From Camelus dromedarius (Eukaryota): DNA of 64,000 bases. The notes under the pieces are model-generated. The model was given only the letters and a program-made list of their open reading frames with translations, was not told the DNA's origin and searched no databases. Every line of letters begins with the position of its first letter. Within the stretch, counting starts at the first letter, position 1. The stretch spans positions 100,442,001 to 100,506,000 of the forward strand of contig NC_087472.1 of NCBI RefSeq assembly GCF_036321535.1, in the 5' to 3' direction. Of the stretch, positions 25,539 through 39,043 are shown piece by piece. Both the position numbers and the translations under genes were made by a program.

Positions 25539-26807
25539 GTGAGTGAGTCTATTTCTGTATGATAATGTTGTAGAAATGATGAACATTTTTGGTTTTTTTT
25601 TTTTCCTTTCCCCCCTTCATTTCAAACCCTTATCTCCTTAACCACTGTCTTCTTTTTTGTTTGTTTTTTCACTCCTGACTCCCACTTGGAGCCTTCTCTT
25701 CTTCAGACCTTTTCTTTTCCTTGGGAATTCTATTGTTGACCTATTTCTTCTTGGTAATCCAATTGTTTTTGAATAACTTTCAGTGGTGGGTACAGATTTT
25801 GAAATTACATGGTGCAGTAAAATCTGGAGAAGAAGAACGATCATTTACGTAGAACTCTTTGGGATTTTGTTTCACTGTTTTCCCCTTTCCTCTTTCCTGG
25901 ACTGGCTTCCCTATCTGCAGTAGCACTTCTCATGTTTTGAAATGGACCACTGAATTGCTCTCTCTCTTACCTAAAGTGCTGTGTGCATGCAGCTTCCAAA
26001 GGCTCCTCCCAGCCAGATTTCTGCTCCTAACTCCATTCTACATAGAAATTCTGAAGCCACTACTGTCTTATACTTCCTGTTTCCTCTGAGGCTCATAAAT
26101 AGTGATTATTTCTGGGACTTCACTGGTATAAATAATAAAAATCTTGTAACTGATGCAAATATTTATTATAATTAATTTAAATTATAATCATCCTATTATA
26201 ATTTAGATGATAAATAATACACATAGTTATAATAAATGCTATAAAGTGACTGTTAGAAACAAGGTTAGAATACCAGAGCAGAGTCACACAGGTAGTAAAC
26301 GGCCAAGCTGGGACTTGAAGCAGGAAAAAGCAAGGGAGGACACAGAAGACTGGTGAGTGGTTTGCTTTCCTTAGTACCTCACTTCCTCTCAAATGTGATC
26401 TCCTGAGGGTTCAAACTGTGTGCTTCTGCCCCATCCCTGCTTCCATCCCCTCAGGGCAGATCAACACCTTGAGGATACTTTTAAGAATTCTCCTATTTCT
26501 CTACATATTGATAGAATTATTGTGCAGGAAGAGATTCCAGATGAAATAAATTTTAAAAATCTGTTTTGAGTGCCTACTGTGGGTGGAGTTGCATGCTGCG
26601 GGGGTTGGGGTGAGGTGGAGACCAACTCTGTATAGGAGAGGATATTATTTTCTGGTGCTTTGTTTTTAGGCCAAGCTGAGTCTCATGGACTATGAAGAGA
26701 AAGTGTCTTTAAAGTTAAAAAAAAAAAAAATCACCATTTATTTGGCCACATCAATGACCAGTGAATCTAAGTAGTGGCTGTAAGCCCCCAAGGGAGGATA
26801 GATAGGT

Positions 26808-27384
26808 CTTTTTTTTTTCCCTCCCCACCCTCAACCCCTTTTCTCCTTTGGTAGCCAAAAGTTTGTTTTCTATGTCTGCGTATCTGTTCTGTTTTGTAAA
26901 TAAGTTCATTTGTATCATTTTTTTAGATTCCCCATATAAGTGATACCATAAGATATTTGTATTTTTCTTTCTGAATTAGTTCACTTAGTATGATAATCCT
27001 TAGGTCCATCCATGTTGCTGCAGATGGCATTATTTGATTCTTTTTTATGGCTGAGTAATATTCCATTGTATATATAGCACTTCTTTCTCCAGTCATCTGT
27101 TGATGGACATGTAGGTTGCTTCCATGTCTTGGCTGTTGTAAATAGTGCTGCTATGAACATTGAGGTGTGTGTATCTTTTCAAAGTATGAGTTTTCTCTGG
27201 ATATATGCCCAGGAGTGGGATTGCTGGATCATATGGTAAGTCTATTTTTAGTTTTTAAGGAAACTCCATACTGTTCTCCATAGTGGCTGTGCCAGTTTAC
27301 TTTCCCACCAACAGTGTAGGAGGGTCCCCTTTACTCCACACCCTCTCCAGCATTTACTGTTTGTAGACTTTTTGATGATGGCAA
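26808..27384 (-). mobile_element. L1 fragment (ORF2 C-terminus and part of 3'UTR) inserted in an L2 end
   Basis: Encodes [23 protein letters not shown]. Similar to 49460-50042. Confidence 0.9.
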
Positions 27385-28499
27385 TATCTGTCTTATTTAT
27401 AATAGTCTCTTGAGTCCATAGCATAGTACCTTGTATATAATAGAACCTCAATAAATATTTATAAACTAGATGAATGAATGCAAGAAATAATATGAAATCT
27501 ATTTACCTTTAGTACTGGAGCAAACTATAAAACTGTTTTCTAATTATGCTTGTAATAATTGCTAACACTTCTTGTCTATACTAAGACCTTCATTATCTTA
27601 CATCATTTCATCCCTACAGAATCCTATGAGGTAGATCCTATTGTTACCTCCATTTTTTCAGATGAAAAATTTAGGTCCAGAGAGGTTAAGGAACAGGCCA
27701 AGGTTACAGTGTAGGTGGTGGAGCTGGGATTTGAAGGCAGGCAGATGACCTCCCATGCATGCTCTTGTACTCTGCTATTCTGTCTGTGTGTTGAACATAC
27801 TTACTGTGAGTCTTAGGGGAGCAGCCTGAGGAGTGGAGAGAGAGAAAGTGGGCTTTCGCTTTGCCTTGGGTAATTCACACATGGGTAATCAAGAGGATGG
27901 ATGGTAGATTGCAGGTGGGACAGTGGAGAAATTTGGAGATGAGTAAGGGGGTTGAAAAATATTAACACCTTTGACAAGGTTTTGTATTTGTTTACTTTAA
28001 GTGCATAATTTATTTCTAATCTTACATATCTGATATTGATCCACTTGTTTTAGTGAATAAAGCTTCCTTTTTTCCTCTGATTAGAAAGCACTTGATGCCT
28101 AATAAGATAGTCATTTTACCCTGTAAAGACCAAGCAAATCATTTTCCTGTCATTTGCTTCTAGAGACGTGAAAGCTTCATATTACAATCGTGCTGTATAG
28201 TTCACCATTGACTTGACTTTGTGCTATGACAAATGATACCCAAAGCTGCCGTTTTGAAGTTCATATTCAGCACTTAACAGTCAACTCAGTTTCTGTTCTC
28301 TTTAGGACATGGGTTTTTTTGGTTTTGGGTTTTTTTTTTGAATTCGGGATGCCCATTTCTCCTACTGCAGCGTTGCAGGCTGGCTTTAGTTCTTGGTGAA
28401 TTTATCTTCAAAAAAATTTTGTTGCTGAAGTTTGGAATGGTTCCTTTTGTCCTATATTTATTCACATTACCCCAGTTTACCAGATTTGAAATTGCTGCT

Positions 28500-31400
28500 A
28501 GAGATTTTTGTGAGCATTCCAGAGAATTCTGCAAATAGTCTCATTTGATTTATAAACGGGTAAAAATGGGAGGCCTTTCCTTGTCAGGTTTTGGCAGCAG
28601 GGTCTCCTAGCCTGGTGAGGATGACTTAGGCTGTGCTCTTTTTCTTTGTTCTTTGAGGTTTTGTGAGGTTGGAATTCCCGTGAAAACATCTGGGCCTGGA
28701 GTGTTCTTTGTCGGGAAAATTTTAAGACTTTTAATGGTCATATGTCTATTCAGGTTTATTATTTCTTTTTGATTCCTTCTTGGTAAGTTATATTTTCTTC
28801 CCTAGGGATTTGCCCATTTTCATCTAGATTCTTTAAATTATTGAATAAAGTTGTCCTAAGATCCTTTTATCTTTTATGTTTATACCGCTTTCAGTTATGC
28901 TGCTTTTTAAATTTTTCCTGTTGGTTATTTGCTTACACTCGTTCTCTCTCTTTCCCCCCTCCCTCTTTTAATTTTGCCAGAATTATCTTTCTAAGGAACA
29001 GCCTTCACTTTGTTAATAACCTTTATTTTATGTCTTTTATGCCATTATTTTATGCTTTTATTTTTATTATTTCCTTTCTTTTCCTTCTTTGGGTTTATTT
29101 TGTGTGTAGGATGGTTTCCAAATGGGAGATGGATGGGTTACCCTGGACGGTGAAGGTTAATGTTTAAGTTTTTCAAACTTCTTGAGGAGCTTAACTTATT
29201 AATTTTAAGCCTTTCTCTTTTTAAAATATGTACATTTTAAATGTAAATTGCACTCTAAAGATCTTTAGCTCTATCCCGTATGTTTTGATATGTAATGTTT
29301 TTATTATTGATCCAGTCAGATATTTTCTAATATATGTTATGACTTCTTGACCCCAAAATATTTATTAGATAACAGTTTAACTTTTTATTATAGCTTAATT
29401 GTGTTGTGGTCAGAGAACATGTTCCTTTTCTTTTTTCTAAATCTGAAAAATGTTTTTGAGACTTCTTTTATGGCCTGGTTGGCTTTCAAAAATATTCTAT
29501 GTATAATTGAAAAGGTTATGTATTCTGGAGGGTTCATAGGTGGTCTTTAAGTCAGGTCGGTTAAATGTGTCATTCAAATATTCTATATCCTTAGTGACTT
29601 TCTTTGAATTTTATCAATTGCTGATAGAGATGTGAATATCTCTCAGTGTGATTGTAAATTTGTTCTGTTTCTACTTATATTCTGTCAAAAACACTGCTTT
29701 GTGTATTTTGAGACTATATTATTAGTTGCGTTCTATTAGTTGCATGTAAATTTGTTTAGTCTTCCTATTGAATTGAACCTTTTATGAATGAACCATTTTA
29801 TTTATAGGTAATGCTTTTTGCTTTAAAGTATAATTTGTCTGATATTAGTGGAAACATACTAATTTTCTTTTCATTGTATTAGCATTGCATATCTTTTCTT
29901 TTTATTTTCAAACTTTCTGTATCATTATGTTCTAGTTGTATCCATAGAAGTAGCATATAGTTGCATTTTGTGTTATTTTTCAGTCTGAAAATCTTTGCCT
30001 TTTAATTGAATCATTTAGTTCATTTATATTTAATGAATCATTGATTTGTATGTGTGTTTAAATTCACCGTCCTCTTTTTCTTCTCACCATTTTTTGTTTC
30101 TTTTTCTCCTCTTTCTTGCCTTCTTTCAGAATGACTAAGTATTCTAAAAATCATTTTCCCTGCTCTACTAGTTAAAGAATTATATACCCTACTTCTATTT
30201 TTTCAGTAGCTGCTATAGAAATTATAGCATCTACTCAGCTTTTCAATGTCTGAAGATAATCAATACCTTTAGTCTCATCTAGGATAATATAAGGACCGTG
30301 GAAGACTTTAATTTTTTAATTTCATTTTTTCATCTCCTAGTTGATACATTCAATGTGGTTGCCACGTTTTGTTGTTTGTTTTTGGGGGGAGGTGGAGGTA
30401 ATGAGGTTTATTTATTTATTTATTTATTTTTAATGGAGGTACTGAGGATTGAACCCAGGAACTCATACATGCTAGGCATGCACTCTACTGCTGAGCTATA
30501 CCCCACCCCTTAGTTGCCATATTTTTATTCTATCATGTTTCACTTATCCTTGCAAGAAATTATTAATGTTTTGTATAGTCAAAGTTCATTTGGATTTATC
30601 AGTATATAGTGCCACACTTAGCTCTGGGTAACTGGGACCTCTGGCCTGTGTCTCATGCCTTAGATATCCCCTCTCTGGCCCTTCACTAGTCATACCTCTC
30701 TCCAAAGGATGAGAACTTTTTGATACAAAGAAGGCATGCCCATGTTGAACCTGCTTCCCTCCTCCCCAACCCTTGCTTCTAGATCATGCTCTGGTAACCC
30801 AGGAGTCTGGAATTCCCTATCCAAACATTCTGTGCCTATTTTCAGGACCTGAGCAGTCCTATTCCTCAGGCTAAGCCATGCTGCAGGTGTACATACCTCT
30901 AGACCTAAGGGATGACCAAGGGTAGCTGCTTGAAGGAGAGAGGGGGGTTTGGATCTGTGGACTGGGGTGTCTACATCCACGTGCACAAAGCCTCTTGTAG
31001 TTTGAGATAGAGCCTTTAGTGAAGAATAAAGGCAAACTGGACCTCCTTTCTAATTCTTGACCAGTATATTACAAATGTTAGGGATGGGTCTGGTCACATA
31101 CAGACCACTTTCTTTGTTCTTCATTCCTTATTGCATCTTAGATCTTACATCTTTTGCCTGAATATATCTTTTAGGATTTATTTCAGTGAGGATTTGCAAG
31201 TAGTAAACAATATCACAGGTTTTGTTTGCCTTCTGGTTTCCATTGTTGCTTCTGAGAAGATAGCTGCCAACCTAACAGATGTTCCTTTGAAGGTTAACTC
31301 TTGTTTTCTCTGGCTACTTTCAAGTTTTTTCTCTGTGTCTTTGGTTTTCTTCAGTTTCACTATTTTGTGTCTAGGTGTAAATCTCTTTTTTTCTTTTGGA

Positions 31401-31800
31401 GGTTCTTTGGGCTTCTTGGATCTGTGGATAGGTTTTTCTGTTTTCGTTTTTACCAGTTTGGGGTCATTCAGTCATTATAATTTCAAACATTGACTCTTCC
31501 TCATTCTCTCCTTTTGAATTTTGTTTAAGTGTATGTTAGATCTTGTATTTCTTTTCTCCACATCTCTGAACCGTACTTTTGTACTTTGTATTCACAAATG
31601 GAGCTCAGGTTTGCTTCATTAGGCCCATACCCTCAGGCATCAGTGGCTCCTTCCCTTATATTACTTCCCTTAGTTCCTGCTTTAGCTTCACCTTTGGCCT
31701 GGTGATTCTTTTCTATATTGTCATCAGTCTGATACATTTAAGAAAATGCTTTTAATATTTTATTCATGATTTTTAATTGTCTTCAGCAAAAGGTTTGACC
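28500..31800 (-). mobile_element. Large, highly decayed L1M remnant with a nested SINE and a probable hAT-Tip100 (FordPrefect-like) fragment at about 30620-31080
   Basis: T-rich antisense L1 motifs (catctgggcctgga, gtggtcagagaacat, gtctgatattag, tgagaagatagctg). The GC-richer insert contains cttctagatcatgctctgg. Confidence 0.6.
30371..30509 (-). mobile_element. Vic-1-like tRNA-Ala SINE with extended tail, nested in an old L1
   Basis: A/B boxes, (TAAA)n tail plus CCTCATTACCTCC extension. Degenerate TSD gttgcca..tttt on both sides. Confidence 0.85.
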
Positions 31801-34436
31801 TAAATAACCTAACCCAACATATTCTTGAAACACTGAAGAAAAGTTTTAGAGATATTTTCTATATCAGGATCTTTTAGTAGAGTTCAAATTGAAATTTGAT
31901 TATACTTTTACAAATAGTTTCCTATTTAAAGTAGTTAAAAATGTAACCAGAGACTCTAAAAAAACCCCCAAAAAACCCTAAGATTCTGACTTCTTTGACA
32001 GTTGATTGATCAAAGTCAATTGCTTTTTCACTTTTTGGTTCTTACTTTATCCATACTGAGAACCTCTTCAGTACCGCCCTTAATCATTTCCCCTTGTACT
32101 GGTCTTATTAGCCAACACTGATGACTCAATGTAAGTATCTCAAAGGCATAAAGTTTTCTAGAAGATTTAGGGAATCTCTTGTTACTCGGGTCAAAAATAC
32201 TGATCATTGCATGCATTATAGCAGCCATGGTGTAATCAGATTACACTAGTTAACCTGTGGTAGCAGATAATGACCCTCATCCTTGCCTGCTCTACAGTGG
32301 TATTATTTCCCTCCTTTTTAACCATACTTCTCTTTAACTATTCTGTATCTAGATAAGTTAGATTTATTGCCATTCAAGTTTGCACTGATGACATGCGTTT
32401 TTAAAAATATGATACTTACACTATTTAATGAAATTGAAGAGATCTAGAACAATTTCTTGGAGTAGTATAGGCAGGGCCATGGTAGTCAGTCATGTGGCTT
32501 ATGTACTGTTCAACCCTAGGGGTTGCCATTTACATCAGAGTCTGCAAGCATAGGAGATGAATCTGGGATAATCTTTAATGAGTGGTTATCTAGTGTCAAG
32601 GTCTAGCTTTTACTGTTTAAATGCTAGCACATATTTTTCTTTGCAGTTGATGTTATCTCCCCAGCCATCCTCAGCACCTTGATATTTTGCTAAGAACCAG
32701 TGGCTATTAAAGTCATCTTTGTTGATGACCTACATGGCATTGAACTAATCCAATTTGCACCAGAAGATGAAGAGAAGTTCCAGCTGAAAAAGATAAAAAT
32801 GACTTATATATAATGAATAAGGGTTTCAAAATCCACAGATTTCCCTCTTTGATCAGTGACCCCAGAAATCTCATGACCTAGCAGGATGTTCTCTAGTTTA
32901 TGCAGAAGGCAGTAGGAGCTGCACTATTTTAAATATATCATAAAACTTCTCTTATTAGGAAATATATGTTCAGCTTTGAAGATACATATTCCAGGCTTGA
33001 CAATGGAAAGCAGTCTTTTCAGTGGTGCCAGGTCTGTAGTAAGTTCTTCCTGATCCATATTCTCTTTTCAAGCTACTTACTGTAATCACCCTTCATTCTA
33101 GCCTTTCCTGCTGTCATCTCAGGGTTGAGTACAAGCTCTCTTCAGCGGAAAGGCATGGTTTATTTTGATCAGAGGCCCAAGTCACAGCACATATTAACTG
33201 GTCACTGTGCACCATGACTAATTTAACTTTGACCATATCTTACATACCACTCAGGCCTCGCCCTAGGAGTTGGCAAAGCTCAAGAATGAGTTTGCAGAAA
33301 TTTTGAAAATTCTATAATAGCATTTTGAGTTGGTTGATTCATTTCACCTGATGGACTCAAAACAGTTTACTTCTAAGGAGATAAATTCTCAGGAGGCTAG
33401 CATTGTGGCCTGGTAGAAAGAGTAGGAGTCCCATCAAACAGCCAAATGACCATGACCCATCCCCAAGAGTATGCTGGGCCTCTTTCTCTAGCTGTAGAAT
33501 GAGGGTCTGAGGCTAGGTAAATTCTGAATTCCTTTCCAGAAACAAACTGCTCTGATACTCTTCCCAGAACTAAAATTATATACTTATGCAGTTAATCTTC
33601 TAAGTCAGCTCTGTGAATTCCAGGTAGCATCAAATCTAAGGCATCATTTGTATAGGAGAGTTTTTTTGTAGAGGTTTGGTTCACTAAATGTAGCTTTAAA
33701 AAGATAAAAAAAAAAAGCGAATGCTTTTCTAGGGAGAGCTGAGTGCTGAAATTAAAAATAGAATAATTGTTAAACTTTCATATGAAAAATTTTATGACAT
33801 ACATGTAAGTGTATAATTCAGTGAATTTCAGGATTTCAGGAACTGAGCACAGCCATGTAACCAGCACACAGAATATTACCTGAACCTCAGAAGCCCCCTT
33901 GTGCCCACTTCTAATTACTACATCTTCTCCCCTGTTCCAAGGATCATCACTCTCCATCGATTAGTTGTGCCTGCTTTTGTTCCTCATACGAATGGAATCA
34001 TGTACAGTATGCACACCTTTATGTCTGGCTCCTTTATCTAACATTGTATTTCTGAGATTCATCAATATTATTGCGTGTAGCTGTACCAGATAAATTTTCC
34101 TCCAGAGAGACATTGCTATATCTTTGCACGACTGCATTAACATTATCATTTGAGTGACTCATTTGGGAGGGTCACTAATATGCCATTATGAACAGAGAGA
34201 GGACAAAAGTACTGAAAAGGAGCGACAAACCAGAGGCATTTTACAATTTATTAACATAGCGTGTTATTAATATATAAATAATTTACAATATTGATTTTTA
34301 AAATATAAGCCCTCTTTGGAAGGAGAAGGATTCACCTCCTGGTCTAAGATGTTATCATGCTGTGTCCAAGGAAAGAATCACCCCCTGGTACTGGCAATGG
34401 CTATTAAATTACAGCAGTTTTTTTTTTCTGGCATTC

Positions 34437-34577
34437 TTTTTTATTGAAGTATAGTCAGTTTGCAATGTTGTGTCAATTTTTGGTATACAGCATAATGTTT
34501 CAGTCATACATATGCATACATGTATTCCTTTTCAGATTCTTTTTCATTATAGGTTACTACAGGATATTGAATATAGT
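34437..34577 (-). mobile_element. Short L1 3' end
   Basis: ttttattgaagtatagtcagtttgcaatgttgtgtcaatt matches the other L1 termini. TSD is degenerate. Confidence 0.8.
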
Positions 34578-35962
34578 CAGGATTCTTAAAGATTGCCAGC
34601 TTTTCCTTGAGACTGAGAAATCGTGATTCATTCCCATCTTCCCATGTCCTCATCCCTGTAATCCCTACAGTATCTTACCCTGCATGTCCAAGGTGCAAAA
34701 TAGGTATTTGTTGACTGACTGGAGAGTACAGCTCGCATTCACAGTGCCAGGATCTCTTGTTTACTCACCGCGGCCATAGTCTCAGGCCGGTGCTGTTATC
34801 ACAATCAGCTAGATGGGGAATCTTGCCCATTGGAAATAACTTGTCCCAAGTCACTCAGACATTGTGTGGCTGAGCCAGGACCTTTGACCTCATGCCCCTT
34901 AGTCTTCACCCTGCTGCCTGCACACTGTCTTGGGCTGGGATGACGGAAGCTGCAGTGGTGGCCGGGTTCATAGTGCCCTGTGGCCAGGAGCTCTGCCAGC
35001 TGAGAACACACAGCCTGGTCTATCCCAGACCCTTCCCCGGTGGCCGTGTAGAGGGAGCCTGCTCAGTGGGTTCTCACTGCACCCCTGCTTGTGCCTGAGT
35101 CTGTGGGTGGGTTGTAATTTCCTGGCTGGCTTCTTCCTCCCTCAGCATCCCACACCAGCACCTGCTGCTGGTGCTGACTGCTCGTCATGAGGTTCTGTTG
35201 GCCAACTCCTCCTCTATGGAAGGACTGGACACAGCCTGAGCATTTGCGGCTTTCTCTGTGTGCCGGGCTCCTCCCGGCCCCTACTCCACCTCCATCACAT
35301 GGATTTCATCTAGTTACCGCCTATTCAACCCTCATATCTCATCTGCTCTGTGTTGGTCCTCAATGAATATTTGTTGGAATAAATGAATGCATGAATAATA
35401 AATAAGACTGTTAAACTCAGTTCTGATACAAACTTTGCTTTTTAAAAAATATTGACTCTGCCTTCCTGACTCCTAAAAATGCAAGCGATGATAATGAATC
35501 AACATGTAATAAAGGGGAAGTGCAATGTACCCATCCTTTTACAGTATAAGACATAAATAGGGGTAGATTATTTATAAGATTCCGTGACCTCTTCTGATTC
35601 TTAGCATAGTATTTAACCAGCCTTTATATAGTGATAATACTTATATATGCAGTGTTTTGTGTTTTTAAATTCTTCTCTTGATATTTTGCATTTGTTGAAG
35701 TTTTCCGTAAATCCACATGGACTACCTTGCTTATCATTTTTATTAGAATATAGTATTCCACGGGGTGGTCCTCCCATGATAAACATGGGTTTCGCTTTTG
35801 GTAGCCAGTGCCCACCTGATATTGCCAATTCTCTGGAGCTAGGGTAATTTGAAGGCAGCAGGATTGCAGGTTGCCTTGGTTGAGGAACTGACCTTTTGGG
35901 CATTGCTGTGTCATGATTATGGCAAGCTGTGATGATGTGTTTTCTCCTTATTTTATTCCAGG

Positions 35963-36080
35963 ATGTTTTTCTCTGGCGGGCAGTGTGGCCATGTTGGCAG
36001 ACCTGAAGAACTTTTACTGACGTTCAAGATATTCCTTGTCATCGTTTGTCTTCATGTTGTTCTGGTTACATCCCTGGAAG
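35963..36080 (+). CDS. ADGRG2: Adhesion GPCR G2 (GPR64/HE6), first coding exon with signal peptide; exon starts at 35962 and ends in phase 1
   Basis: Translates MFFSGGQCGHVGRPEELLLTFKIFLVIVCLHVVLVTSLE, nearly identical to the recalled human N-terminus MVFSVRQCGHVGRTEEVLLTFKIFLVIICLHVVLVTSLE. Acceptor ttttattccag|G ATG, donor AAG|GTAAGG. Confidence 0.96.
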
Positions 36081-36130
36081 GTAAGGTGCTTGTTTTCTTT
36101 CATCTTTTTTTTTTTTTTTTCTGTTTTACC

Positions 36131-36132
36131 TG

Positions 36133-36167
<35 letters not shown>

Positions 36168-36170
36168 GTG
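36131..36170. repeat. (TG)n/(TATG)n repeat 50 bp downstream of the first coding exon donor
   Basis: Direct reading. Confidence 0.95.
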
Positions 36171-36180
36171 TTTATTTAGG

Positions 36181-37460
36181 TTTTTTTTTTACTGTGGTAA
36201 AATAAACATAACATAAAACTTACCATTTTAACCATTTTTAAGTATATAATTCACTGGCACTAAACATATTCACAATTTATGCAATCATCACCACTATCCA
36301 TTTCCAGACCATTTTCATCATCTCAAATAGCTACTTTGTACCCATTAAACAATAACTCCCCTCCCTCCCATCCCGCATAAGCTCTATTTTATCTCTATGA
36401 TTTTGCCTGTTCTAGGTAGCTCATATAAGTATAAGGAATCATGCAATATTATCCTTTTGTGTCTGGGTTATTTCCCTTAGCATAATGTTTCTAAGGTTAT
36501 CCATATTGTAGTATGTATCAGAACTTCATTCCTTTTTAAGTCTGAGTAATGCTCCATTGTATGTACAGACCACATTTTGTTTATCTATTCCTTGTCATTG
36601 GACATTTGGGTTATTTCCACTTTTGGGCTATTATAAATAATGCTACTGTGAACACTGGTGTACAAGCATCCGTTTGAGTCCCTGCTTTCAATTCTTTGGG
36701 GCATATATATACCTAGGAGGAGAATTGCTGACTCATATGGTAATTCTATATTTAACTTTTTGAGGAACTGCCAAACTGTTTCCCACAGTGGCTGCACCAT
36801 TTTACATTCTTACCAGCAAGGCACGAGGATTCTAGTTTCTTTATATCCTCACCAACACTTGTTATTTTCTGTTGTTTTGATAATGGGTGTGAAATGGTAT
36901 CTCATTGTGATTTTTATTTGCATTTCCTTAATGATTAGTGATGTTGAACACCTTTTCATGTGCTTATTAGTCATTTGTATATCTACTCGAATCTTTGGCC
37001 CATTTTTGAATTGGGTTGTTTGGGGGTGGGTTGTTTGGTTTTGTTTGGTTTGGTTTGGTGTTGAGTTTTACGAGTTCTTTGTATAATTCACTCTTTTAAT
37101 AGTGTCCTTTGATGTATAGAAGTTTTACATTTTGATGAAGTCCAATTTATCTATTTTACTTTATTGCCTGTGCTTTTGCTCTCATATCCAAGAAATGTCA
37201 CGAAGACTTTCCCCTATTTTTCTCCTAAAAGTTTTATAGTTTCAGCTCTTACGTTTAGGTCCTTTGATCCATTTTGAGTTCACTTTTGTATATGTTGTAA
37301 AGTAAGGGTCTAGCTTCATTCTGTTGCATATGGACATCCAGTTTTCCCAGCACCATTTGTTGAAAAGACTGTCTTTTCCCCGTTGAATGGTTTTGGCACC
37401 TTTGTCAAAAATCAGTTGACCATATCTATGTGAGGGTCTATTTCTGGTCCTTATTTGTTT
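36181..37460 (-). mobile_element. Older L1 (L1MB-like) 3' region with internal deletion
   Basis: Degenerate ORF2 peptides ([11 protein letters not shown]...WCWENW; QPLWETVWQFLKKLNIELPY) and an L1MB-type 3' end. Confidence 0.85.
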
Positions 37461-38160
37461 CTGTAAGTACCTACTTGAAGGCACTTATGCATGGAAATTT
37501 AAGGGAAGTAGAGAATCACCCTAATGAAGCAGCATGGTTTTCAGAAAAAAAGAATCTTTAGAAGCTTATGAAACAAGGAGAAAAGGTACCCGAGGAAGGC
37601 CGTAAAAAGGTCACAAATCCCAGGGCTGCGATGTCTGCGTACATTTGCCCCAAAATACAGTGCTGTGGGAATATCAAGAATCATTATTTAAGAAGACATT
37701 ATTAAGGACACACAGAGAAATACCTTTCTCATTTGGAAGAAAGTTGCAGGGCCAAGGAATCTTTGTTGGATAAAGCAAATATCTCCTAGCAGCAAACAAC
37801 AACGTAAGCACAACACACACACACACGCACCCAAACTAAATGGAAAACTTCCCAACAGACTAAAACACAATTGACAATCCTTCAAAAGTAGGCACTGGGG
37901 CATATTGTCAAGAAGCCACCATACTTTAGAAAAAGAAATGACAAGAGCTAAATGTTCATTGACTGCATTGACTGTGTACAATGTGCTGGGCCCCTCAGTG
38001 CATTATACACATCCATTCTCCTGAGCTCTCAACCACATCTATTAAAGGGAGATCCTCGTCTTAGCACCATTTCCCAGATAAGAAACTGAGGCTCAAAGGG
38101 GTAAGTAACTTGCTCAAGGGAGTGGTCCACCCCTGAGTTTTTTGCTCATAACCACAAAAC

Positions 38161-38345
38161 CAGAATTCTCAAGCTTGAATGTACATTGGAATCACCTAGA
38201 AGGCTTGTTAGGGCATGGATTCCTGGGTCCTTCCCTCAGAGGTTTTGACTTAGTAGGTCTGGGGCGGGACCTGAGACATGATGGTTCTAACAAGCTCCCA
38301 GGTGATGTTGATGTGACTGGTTCACAGATGATACTTGGAGAAACA
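38161..38345. mobile_element. MER5A-like MITE
   Basis: gaatcacctagaaggcttgtta...taggtctggggcggg...ctaacaagctcccaggtgatg. Confidence 0.75.
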
Positions 38346-38863
38346 CCGAGTATACAACCGGCAGGAGACATAAGTAGGGAGAGAGAACGCCAGATCTATA
38401 TCGTGGGATACAAACTCTGTTGCAGCCATGTGACGTTTGTGTAAACTGTGCTTGCATACATCATCTCCTTGGGGCATTAAAACATCGCTGTGGAATTGTC
38501 AGGGCAAAAATCAAATATCCCTACTTTACTGATGAGTAAATGTCCCCAGGGACATTATTGGTTAGGAAGCGGCGGAGCCAGGCTAGATACTAGATCTTCG
38601 GTCTCACGTTTCAGTGCTTTTTCCACCACAGGGTAGATGAAGAAGGAAAATGGAACACAAGGGGAAAAAAATCATCAAAACGAAAGCTGCTTGGTAGAAA
38701 TAAGTCTTTTGGAAAAACTATATTTAAAAGTGATGCAAACGTGGCAGGTCAACAGGAGAGTTCATGGCTCTGAAACCAACCAGAGTAGGGAAAACCTGAG
38801 TGGATGCTGAGGTCGCTGAATGCATTTCTTGCTCTGGCTCGCCGATGAATTGATTTCTGAGGC

Positions 38864-39043
38864 AGAGGTTCTCACGATGTGGCCTCAGACCAGCAGCATC
38901 AGCATCACCTGGGAGCAGTCTAGAAGTACAGGTTCTCAGGCCCCGCCTAGAGAATCGGAAACTCTGAGGGTAGGGCCCAGCAGCCTGTGTTTTAACCAGC
39001 CCTCCAGGTGATGTCAGTACATGCCCAGGCGTGGAAACACGAT
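38864..39043. mobile_element. MER5A-like MITE
   Basis: ccagcagcatcagcatcacctggg...gaaactctgagggtagggcccagc. Confidence 0.78.

Noticed and set aside
32690..32850. Coding-like stretch IFVDDL...LIQFA
   Set aside because: Probably a very decayed CR1/L3 RT remnant, too diverged to call.
36081..36205. Extension of the ADGRG2 ORF to 80 aa (GKVLVFF...)
   Set aside because: Read-through past the GTAAGG donor into poly-T/TG intron sequence.
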